Of a DNA stretch of 64,000 nucleotides, positions 54,201-64,000 are shown piece by piece; within the stretch, counting starts at the first letter, position 1, and each line of letters opens with the position of its first letter. Location of the stretch: NCBI GenBank assembly GCA_023213395.1, contig CM041465.1:165795741-165859740 (forward strand), in the 5' to 3' direction. Under the pieces are notes generated by a model, which saw nothing but the letters and a program-made list of their open reading frames with translations, ran no database searches and had not been told where the DNA came from. Position numbers and translations under genes: made by a program. This stretch comes from Cycas panzhihuaensis. Taxonomy: Eukaryota > Plantae > Cycadophyta.

Positions 54201-54998
54201 AGTACATATCAACAAAAATATGTGTATAACCTATAAATCTGTAAATCGTTTGAAAATGGAGTCTCTTCTAGCTTCCAGATAGTGAGAAGCACTCTCTCAA
54301 TTCTTTGATATGATTCTTGCAAGACTGTCCACTGACATGCGAAGGAAACAATTAAACAGGAATTGAATCTGCATAAAGAATTTGGTGAACTTTTACCTGC
54401 ATGCAAATTTATTGTGGTACCACATGTGGAGAAAATGTCCACTTGAGCAGCATCAACAGGCTTCAAACAGTTACAAAATTTCAAAATGGGCTTGAAAATA
54501 GCCTCTCATCAACACCAAAATAGCCCTTCAAAACTTGATAATAGTCCCATAACAAAATATGCATCAGATATAACTTGAAATGATCTTCAACTTGACAAAG
54601 TCATGAAACAGGCACATCAAAAAAATTCACAAGGCTTGAAAGCTCAAAAAACAAGAATAACATGTACTAGGATTTGCAAGAAATACCTCCAAGGATTAAA
54701 CCTTAGGCTCTGATACCATGTTAGGATTAGTAATGTAACAAGCATATCAAACCCTAATGGTGAGCAACAAAAAGATGAAGTATGTACAAAATAGACACCA
54801 TGTTGGAGAATTGGCCAAAACTCAATTATGAACAAATAAGAGTATATACTTATAGTACAACCTCACCACTAGAGAGAGAACCCCATTCGAGTACTTAGAG
54901 GTGGCACATATATCAAGGTGGCCCACAACTCTAATATAGAATACAAAAGATAGAGAGTGTTTACATAGGGCTAATGGAATTGAGTATTACACCCAACA
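51279..54998 (-). mobile_element. Complete non-autonomous LTR element B with a gene-fragment cassette
   Basis: 280-bp TG..CA LTRs at 51279-51558 and 54719-54998 (about 11 differences by eye). Perfect TSD ccata at 51274-51278 and 54999-55003. Met-PBS at 54707-54718, PPT at 51559-51569. No gag/pol. Confidence 0.97.
53222..53515 (-). pseudogene. Captured ARID domain of an ARID-HMG-box protein (HMGB9/10/11/15 family)
   Basis: 'VYPPP/LTTHNQVVVDMDLFLKMLTNFHVALGTKLTILKIGGRDLDLHLLYREATARGGLQMVIKERKWKEISLALNFPPTITSASLVLHKFYRSIL'. Confidence 0.93.
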
Positions 54999-57140
54999 CC
55001 ATATAACTTGCACTCACAAAGACCTTTGCCTCATTAGAGGGCTACCAAGAACTAGAACAAATATGCATATAATGATATAATGACAAATTGCTGAAATATA
55101 ATATGTTACGTTAGTTAATTCTCCACAAAAGATAACTCTGTAATATCTCCACAAGAAAGCACTGAAACCTTCCAAGCAAGAAGGAGGTTAGCCTCAGAAT
55201 GGCTAACCCTCTAGTCTATGTACCTCCACGCTATCCCAAAGTGTAAAGAGCAATAAATAGGATAGCCTATGGGTGAAATAATGGGAAGAGGATGGCTGTT
55301 GTAAAGTTTGTGGGTAGTTGTCGGTGTTGCGAACGTGCTATAGGTAATAAGTTGCAACGTAGGCAGTACGACGGCTAGGGATAAGTGCTGGGCACTATGT
55401 AGGGTTGAAAGAAAGGCCCAAAATGAGGCATGCAAGCCTGAGTCTAGCACAACAAGTGCTACACATGCTGAAACTCAACACAAGCCCAATCCCAAAGGTC
55501 TTTAGGGCGTACCAAGAAAGGCACGGGTGAGGGAGAGGAAGGAGGAGTAGGGTTTGCCCTTGTAGAGTAGGCCTAGTGGGTACGAATCCCACCTTACTCC
55601 CTCTACTCACACCTTATGGTTCCTCTCCCATAGCCTTCTTAGAGATATCCAAGGGAGGACAAGGGATACTGAGGTTACAGGCAAGAATAAATGCAAGAAT
55701 TGCACTTCCATATAGTAGAACACTAAGACATGAAGTGTTTACTAGAAGAACTTGCTTGTGTAAGCTAAACTTAAAGAAAAGGATGATCAATGAAGAAGGG
55801 TACTTACTGGGCTGAGATAAGAGTAGGTCTGCCCCTGTGGACAATAAAGAATAGTAGGTTGGAGGAGCTTATAAGGTGTTTTCGAGTTGCAGAAGGGGAG
55901 AGATCACTGGAGACTGAAGGGTGCACGTGGAGGCCACTCCTGTGCATAAATCATTGCTTGGAGATGTTGATGGAGAGGCTTGTTGTCATGAAATAGTGGT
56001 GCAATAGGCAAATTCTAGGCTAGTATGCCAAAAACGTAGGTATGCCATGTATTCTGTAGAGTAACCCTCTAAGAACTAAGAGAAGAGAAGAAGAGAAGTA
56101 TTGTTAGAGAGCCAAGAGGACGGAAAATGAGTATGTTTTTGGGATATATACCTATCCTAACCCTAATCGAGTGATTAGGGTTCGGGTAAGGCTAATTTGG
56201 TGACTTATCCAAGTGGAGGTTCCACAAAAAATGCGAGAATTACCATGGCAGATTTAGAAAATAGTAAGAAATAGTCGCACCACGGTAAACTTCGTGGTAC
56301 TACGACAAACTTCGCAGTACCACTAAGTTTATAACAGTGCGAAATCAGGGTGCAGTAATAGAAAAAATAAGGGTCCTGGGAACAGTCGGAAGAAGTGAGT
56401 TGACTAAACTTGGTAGGATATCATGAGAAAATAGTCCTAGGAATGCTAGAAATAGGTGAACGTGGCTACCACTCCTAAGGAAACTAGGGGTCATGTTAGC
56501 TAACCGAGGTGCGAGCAGATCATACTGAATGGTAGGGGCTTGAGGTGATGTAGAGATAACGTGGAAGGTTGTGGAGTGCCATGAGGGTACATGACTCGCT
56601 GAGGAGTATATAACGTGAAGGGTCATCATAGGCTAGAGACATACGAGGTGCTCAAGCGAGATGTATAACCAATCGTAAAATAAGCTAATCAAACCATGCA
56701 ACCTAAATAATGCTCTAATCCACATCTCTGAAGTGGTCAAGATAAGAGAGAAAACATACCTATGCTTACCTGAGTCGATCTGTCCATACCCATTCCCGAT
56801 AGCTGGGAAACATTGCCCCCTTGGCAGCAGAGCCTCGTCGCTCGGAAGCATTGTGCGATGGCGAATGCTGGCAACAAAAACTGTTAGTAGAACATATATA
56901 TATAATAATCATAATAGTGACAAGAACCAAGGGTGCCGGCGAGTGTCATGGTGGAACGCGTGGATATAAGGATGAGGGTTGAGACAACATAGAGGTTGCC
57001 TATGTATCACCCAGAGAATCAACCCAAAGTTATGACAGATGAGGGGGGTGCCCCCATCGTAAGAGTGTAAGGGATGTGCATGATGATCACAAAAGACAGA
57101 GTGAATGAACAAACCTGGAGGTCACCATAGTTTAACCTCA

Positions 57141-57654
57141 TTAGTGGTTGGCTTTCAAAGGTGCGAATGGATCATAAGATGAGGAGCAAGACGGCCAGAG
57201 ACTTGGGCGACAGTGCAACCAAGCAAGTCCCTCAAGGGTAGTCGTCAAGAAGGGGGAGGCGACGCTCAAGGATGAGGCAAACGAGGCTATCTGCCTCAGT
57301 GTTGAGGGCTTAAGGGATGTGTCGAATGCCAACAGACTGAAAATAAGCCAATAGGGACCTGGCGGTAGAAGCGAGGGCTCTCAAGCATGGGCATCACACC
57401 TGGTAGACCTGGGTGAGATGGGACACTACAACTTGGGACTCGCAAAGGAGAATAATGGGTTCGTGGTGAAAATGAAGCGCATCGGTGAGGGATTCAATAA
57501 CGGCCATGTACTTGGCTTCGTTATTGGTGGCCTCAGGGAGGAAGACTCCTAAACGTAAGAAATCGTATCTAGAAGGGTCGCCAAGAATCCACGCAGTGGC
57601 AAAGGGGCCAAGATTACCGCGGCTTCCGCCGTCGGTGAAGATGAAGAGGGTCAT
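57141..57654 (-). pseudogene. Stand-alone archaeal-type RNase H (aRH) ORF of the Tat element, with two in-frame stops
   Basis: 'MTLFIFTDGGSRGNLG...ATNNEAKYMAVI..L...CESQVVV', and after read-through of the stops 'IRHIP*ALNTEADSL', which gives all four RNase HI motif positions. Confidence 0.88.
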
Positions 57655-58191
57655 GGGTGAGAAAAGAAAATATCTCGATGGAAAGAAATGTAATAGAGTC
57701 GAGGGTGAAGAAAAAGGGGCTTGTATGGCTAGCAATGATGGTCGCAAAGGGTAGGAGGACCCAACAATGAGGCTACCCAAGGGTGGAGTGGTTTATCCCA
57801 CCAACGGGAAAGAACAAGCGACGAAAAGGCCCCTCTAGGGTGCTAAAGGTTGCTTAAAGAAGCGAAAAGTGATCCCAAATAGAGGGAGCATTCCCTTTAG
57901 AGACCCCAGAGGTATGAATGGTCCGCAAAAATGAGTCCAGGATGGCGAAATGAGCCAAACAAGTATAAACTCAGGCATGCGCAGGAATAGCACGTAAAAC
58001 GAGACAAAAGGGCCCTGCCAGAAATGAGTCAGCGAGGCACCATAAATGCACCTGAAAGAATGAGAAAAATGAGGGCTATGGAGGTGAAAGAGGAAATAGG
58101 ACTAGAAGGCAATGATGACCAGGGATGAGAGATGGCCTCAAGGACTGTCTCAAAGGCAAAAACAGAGGAAGTGCCTGCCAGGACCCCTGCC

Positions 58192-58198
58192 TATATAA
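58192..58198 (+). promoter_or_regulatory. Candidate TATA box of the antisense PMD gene
   Basis: cctatataagg lies upstream of a donor-like gtgagt (58383) and a ctaac...tttatag acceptor (58831-58856) that precedes the PMD ORF. Confidence 0.5.
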
Positions 58199-58859
58199 GG
58201 AAACTCGATGAAAACAGGATTCATTTTCACGGGCTCACAAACGAATTAGAGCCCTTTCCCTTACGCAGCAGAGCGCTACATGACTTTAGAGGCACGCAAG
58301 GGAGGATCTGACCATTGGATCGAGGTGAGGAGACAGCTAGTGAGACCGGGGTGATGAGATGGCGATTGTGAGGCTGGATCTAGTGAGTGGATTGCTCGTC
58401 CTCTAGTCCATCTCATCATTTGAAATTTGTTGCTTTTTGTGATTTTTTTAGAGTAGTTTTAGGCCTTCCAAAGGCAAAAAGTGATATCCCAAAGTCCAAA
58501 TTAGACCCAGAGAGAGACAGGACCACGGTATTAGGTAGCCCCGGTCCCGGTGACCCTGAGAGTGGGTCACCCGGGTAAAAATTTAGAAATCTTGGGCGGG
58601 AAACCCTCCCATTTTGAGGGGGTGACATTTGCACTATGGCAAAGATCATGGTGCCATGGAGCCCCGATCACCGCGGGACCTAGGCCAAACTCTGCAGTAC
58701 CGTAAAGTTTGGTGCGGTGCAAAGGAAGATCTGATGAAAAATGAAAAGATGGCCCTAAGGGCACCCAAATCTTAATCATATGAAGATGAGGGACAATCTA
58801 GAGGGTAGAGAGGTGAGTATAAGTAGGATTCTAACTTGTTTTGGAGTGTTTTATAGGTA

Positions 58860-60733
58860 GTGATCATGGTGGAAAACCACAAAAACATAGGCATGGCGAT
58901 GTTGAGTTTCATAGAGATGATATCCCACGAGGATAAGCAGGTTTTGGCTATGTCTGGCCTACTAAAGGTCATGAGGACACTACAGTACACATCAGACCAG
59001 AGGCTCCTAGTAGACATCATCTCACATTGGGATAGACGGAGACACGTGTTCCATCTCCCCCAGGTAGGAGATATGACAATCACACTAGGGGATATCAGGA
59101 GGATCCTGGGAGTGTCAGCGATAGGGAGGCCAACATCACTAGGGGCACTGCCTAGTAATGAGGCAACACATAGGGAGACATCCATATTTTTCATGGGCCA
59201 GAATAAATGGGAGAGGAGAGGTATCCCATTACAGAGCATGGTTATGTCAGGTCAGGGGTTCCTCGTGTGAGGAAACTAATTACTTTATGTATTTTGTTTC
59301 AAATATCCTAGAAATAGAACTATAGAGATATACTCGGCAGATGGATGGAAGCGGTGAGGAGATGCGAGGCTGGGGAGAGGCTTGACTAGGCTACCCTTAT
59401 AGTGGTAAACTTAGTCGCCTGGTTAGATGCTATCTGGGTGGCAGGGAAGGGCAGTTTATCATACAACACACTATTACAATGTTATTTTTTTTATCATTTT
59501 AGAGCAGTGGCACTACAGGGGGACCACACCCCATTTCAGAGTGGGCTCCCATGGTACATAGGTGGTAAATCCAATTTAGGGGGACTAAGGACCAGGCGCA
59601 CGTCCGTCACTCGGTGGAGGCTACATCACTGGACCTCCTCACCATGGCAGATTATATATCAGATCCATATCGAGGGGTGAGGTGGGACAGTGACGACGAG
59701 GCAAGAGGAGCTAGAGTTACCTCAGGAGATGGTGGAGATGGAGGTGATAGCGGCGACGGGGCTGGCCCGTCAAGAGCTATAGGAGGAGAGGCGGGTCCTT
59801 CAGGAGCTGCAAAGGAGAGTAGGGGCCCATTGACATGATCCCAGAGACTACGAATAGTAGGGAGATCCAGGGAGGCAACGGTGCCAGCAGAGGAGGGGAG
59901 AGACGCCCCAGTAGCTGAGGCAGTTGTCAAGGAAGTACCTGAGGAGGAGGAGGTACCAGCAGCTAGTGGAGTGCCCAGAGTAGAGGCTATCATCTGAGTC
60001 AAGGAGCTGGCGGCTGCAATAGGTGAGACACTAACTTTTCCTATCATCTTTCAATTTCCAGATGTCTAGATGTTGTTTGATTTTATTTAGTGTGTATATG
60101 GACATGTACTGACATGTCACGTGTTGGATTTATAGGTGTGACAGAGATCTAGAGGTTAGTGGAGGTGATAGTCTGGGAGATGTTCCCCCAGGCCTACACG
60201 GAGAGGAAACCTCCCATCCAGGCAGTAGATGAGCCTAGATCGATAAGTGCACATACGACATCATTCGCCCCATTAGTGAGGGTGAGAAATATCTAGATAG
60301 TATAGTCCCAGGAGCACGAGGCATGTGTGGGACGACTATAGGGGGAGTTGGATGAGACCCGAGTCGAGAGAGATGCCCTTCGAGGTCGAGTACAGGCACT
60401 AAGGCTCTAGGAGGAGCAGGTGGGGACTCTGAGGGTCACATTCGGATGGTAGTGCTAGAGGAGCATCTTTGAGGGATGGAGGAGAGACTCCGAGGAGTGG
60501 AGAGAGAGCAGGATCGTATCCAGGCGCGATACGATCGACTAGTAGATGAGGTGGCATCAAGGAGCATGACCTACACCCACATGACAACGATGACCCCTAG
60601 GAGACCTCGAGACGAGGGGAGCGAGGTAGAGAGCTCCCAGAGGCGCAAGAGGAGCCTAGGAGGCATGTGGTCCCCGGGAGAGGGATCACATAGGCCAGGA
60701 GATGATACCCTAGGATCGGGGCAGCAACATTAG
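58860..60733 (+). pseudogene. Antisense plant mobile domain (PMD, MAIN/MAIL-like) gene of the Tat element, with an intron
   Basis: 'LLVDIISHWDRRRHVFHLPQVGDMTITLGDIRRILGV...GRP', then after a frameshift 'LD*ATLIVVNL...LLQCYFFYHF'. Followed by an acidic/Gly-rich linker, a GT..AG intron at 60023-60135 with an actgac branch point, and a charged C-terminus. Confidence 0.85.
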
Positions 60734-61497
60734 AGTGTAAGAGTTTTGATTTGATAGGGGAAAGCACAGACCTCCATGGACTCACCATATGTTACCAGAT
60801 GATTATATTCCTCCCTGCAAGGATTCTGACTTCCCACAGATGATGTACTAGACCATTTTTATGATATGACATATGAATCATTTTTGTGTATATAGACGAA
60901 GGTGACTAGTGCCCCATTTGATATGTGATGGTGTGTATATAGCACAGATGGATTAATGTTGTTTTATGCTTTTATATGTATGTATATATATATATATATG
61001 CATGTGAGTGTACACAGATGCATGAGGATATAGTTTATGATATTTTCAGTTGATTATTGTATGGTTAGAGTTATGATTTTGTTTAAGCTACATGCACTTC
61101 CTTCCATGCAGGGTCACATCCTAACAAGCACACACATGATCGCCCCAAATATAGGCGATAGACACATGTGAGGCTAGGGAGCGGGATGACATATATGTCC
61201 ACATGGGAAGCATAGTAGAATATGCGAAGGAAGCACCAATGGAGGGGGAGTAAAGATACTCCGATGTACCATCCTAATTAAGGAAGTACCTAGGTCAAAA
61301 GGGTGATGGGGATGACACCCAATTAGGAAGGTAAGGCCTCCATGAGAAGGAGGCATGAGAGGTTCCATGGGAGGAACCCAAAGAGAACAAAGGAGGCCAC
61401 CTTAAGAGGTCATTCCACCCATGACCAGGAGGAATGAGAACACTCTCAAGATGGTAGTTTAGGCTCATTTTAGAGTGTAAAGAGGATAATGAGAGAA

Positions 61498-64000
61498 TCA
61501 TGCATATAATTTCTTGAGGAATTTCCCATTAATGGCTTTCTCAAATTCAAGGCCCTCCAAGGTGGCAATCCTATAAGCATCGTTATCGAGACTCTCGAGA
61601 ATGACAAAGGGACCAACCCATTTGGATCCAAATTTGGTCAAGTAGTCATGGAGATATTCCAGCTTGAAGACTTGGTCCCCAGGATACAAAGGATGAGAAC
61701 AAAGGTATTTATCATAAGTCCTTTGTGAATGAGCTTTAGAAGCAAGGTTCACTTGGTAAGTGGCTAAGCGTCTCTTATCCAAAGCCTCAAAATCTAAGAG
61801 GCGAGCTTGATGAATAGACCCCTCATCGATAAGACCTCGAAGAGAAACTCATAGAGAGGGGATCTCCACTTCCATTGGGAGTACCGCCTCTGTTTCGTAG
61901 ACTAGGGAGAAAGGTGTCATTCTCGTAGTAGTACGGATAGAGGTGCAATAGGCCCATAAGGCAGAAGGGAGTTAGAGATGCCAATTTTTTTGAGATTAGG
62001 CTACAGTTTTCTTTAAAATATTTATAAGGGTCTTGTTAAATGACTCAACTTGGCCATTTGCTTGGGGGTAATAAGGAGAAGAGGTTTTGTGAGAAATTTT
62101 GAATTTCTCACAAAGTTCGTCTATTTCCTTATTATAAAAAGGAGTTCTATTTTCTATGATCAAGACGTCGAGAATCCCAAAGTGGTAAATGATATGCTGG
62201 TAGACGAAGGTGGCTATCGTCTTGCCAGGGGTAGTGATCAAAGGGATTGCTTCTGCCTACTTCGTAAAGTACTCCATGGTAGTCAAGATGAACTTATGTT
62301 GCGACAAAGAGGGTGGTGATATGGCTCCAATAAGGTCCAACCCCCACTGGGAGAAGGGCCAAGGAGATATAACGGGGTGAAGAGCCTTGGAAGGCACATG
62401 GGTGATGTTGGCATGCTCTTGGCATCATCGACATCTCAGGGCATAGGCATGGGCACCTTAAAGAGGGATGACTAATAGTACCCCATTCGAAGGATCCTCT
62501 AGGCTATGGATTGGCCCCCAAAGTGGCCCCTACAAATGCCATGCTGGCATTCACGGAGTATCTGGTCTGCTTCGTCGGGAGCGATGCAATGAAGAAGGAT
62601 CCCATCAAAGGATCTCTTATACAATACTTCATCCATAAAGAAGTATTGCCTAGTGGTGGTCTAAATGCGTGACCTACCCTTGTTACTAGCTTCTGGGCGA
62701 TACTGCTACTGAGTAAGGTACCGCACGATGTCACCATACCACTCATTATCAACGAGTGGATTGGAAGGAGTGCCCTGAATAGTCAAGATAGACTCATCAA
62801 GAAGAGAGTCATCAATGGGAGCATTGAATGAGTTAAGGACGATGACATCTGCAAACTATTTTACTACTACCATCCCCTTCTTTGATTTCCTGTTGACGAT
62901 TTAGAGATTGAATTCCTGAAGGAGGATGGCCCAACAACCAATCCTACCTGTCAGGTCAGAATGGGTGAGTAAATAATGCAAGGGATCAAATTGAACGATC
63001 ACCTTGGTAGTGTTTTTGAGCAAGTAGTGCTTAAACTTTTTAGTTGCGTGAACTAAGGAGAGGCATTCCTTCTTGGTGGGAGAATAATTAAATTCGGCAG
63101 CCACGAGGGTGCAGCTAATGAAGTAAGTAGCTTTCTCGATTCCCGAATCATCTTCCTGGGCTAGCATGGCACCTAAGGACTCATCGGTAACCAAGGTATA
63201 CAGGATGAAAGGCCTATCAAAGTGAGGGGGTTCCAACATTAGCGCAGAAGCAAGGGCTTCCTTAAGTCCTTCGAAAGCCTATTGGGCCTTAGCCGACTAA
63301 ACAAATGGGGCTTCCTTCTTTAATAGGTTAGTAAGAGTTTTGGAGTTTATGGCAAAGATTGGCAAGACATGCCTAAGGAATCTAAGCCTACCCAAAAATG
63401 ACTTAATCTATCGTTGAGTTTTAGGCGACAACATGTCAAGGATTACCTTGACTTTATCAGGGTTAATTTGAATTCCTTGTTTCGACATGAGGAAACCAAG
63501 GAGTTTGCTAAAAGTGACAGCGAATACGCATTTGAGTGGATTGAGACTTACGTGGTATTTATAGCACTGTGTGAAGATAGCCCGCAAATCCGAAGGGTGA
63601 TGGGCTCTAATGCATGAGAGACTCATCATATCATCCATAAAGACCTCCAATGTTTTGTTGATAAGGTTGTGGAGGATGAAGTGCATCGCCCTTTGATAAG
63701 CGATGCCTGCATTCTTCAATATGAAGGGCATCACCTTATAGGTGAAGGTACCCCACAGGGTGGTAAAGGCTATCTTATGACAGTCTTCAGGAGAGATTTG
63801 GATTTGATTATAACTGGAGAAGCCGTCTATCAAGGACATGACTTCAAAACTGGTGGTTTGATTAATAATCTAATCGATGAATGGAAGCAGAAAGTTATCT
63901 TTGGGACAGGCATTGTTGATGTCATAGAAGTCAACGCATATCCGGATGGTCATGTTCTTTTTAGCAACATGGACAATGTTAGATACCGATTTAGGGTAGT
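61498..64000 (-). pseudogene. Tat-type pol (RT, RNase H, integrase, GPY/F)
   Basis: 'SLIDGFSSYNQI', 'YKVMPFILKNAG', 'VFMDD', 'NYSPTKKECLSLV', 'SSPYYPQANGQVESFNK', 'KFGSKWVGPF'. Confidence 0.95.

Larger units (their letters stand above)
50212..64000 (-). mobile_element. Tat-clade Ty3/gypsy element (3' half): RT-RH-INT, extra-ORF region, PPT and ~2.9 kb 3' LTR split by element B
   Basis: pol at 61498-64000. PPT (aagggggcaa) at 56813-56822, LTR start TGTTTC at 56812. The LTR continues to ~50212 on the far side of the 51279-54998 insertion. Confidence 0.88.

Noticed and set aside
58545-58575. Small GC-rich hairpin (ggtgaccc...gggtcacc)
   Set aside because: Only an 8-10 bp stem inside a putative intron, with no support for function.
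59266-59340. Possible intron in the PMD gene
   Set aside because: PMD-like sequence continues through it in another frame, so a frameshift explains it better.

Overview
This is AT-rich plant nuclear intergenic DNA made almost entirely of nested, decayed retrotransposons. No intact host gene or RNA gene was recognised. A gymnosperm source is inferred from the Tat-type element architecture and the RNase H motifs. Left to right: a Ty1/copia relic (-); a Tat/Ogre-like gag with its long LTR (-); a non-chromovirus Ty3/gypsy (+) followed by a full-length L1 LINE with a 17-bp TSD; a second Tat-like LTR/gag (+) interrupted by a chromovirus; two further chromovirus pieces; a second copia (+); and a younger Tat-like element (-). 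That last element carries a stand-alone archaeal-type RNase H and an antisense, intron-containing plant-mobile-domain gene. The most notable signal is three ~3.6-3.7 kb non-autonomous LTR elements with no gag/pol (33303-36891, 40500-44221, 51279-54998). Two of them share LTRs, leader and 3' backbone but carry different ~1 kb mosaics of short host-gene fragments at the same slot, directly downstream of an A-tract. Recognisable fragments across the three elements are TRM61, DUF506, an RRM protein, ARID-HMGB and amidophosphoribosyltransferase. All identifications come from manual motif recognition; no database searches were run, and boundaries of old elements are approximate.
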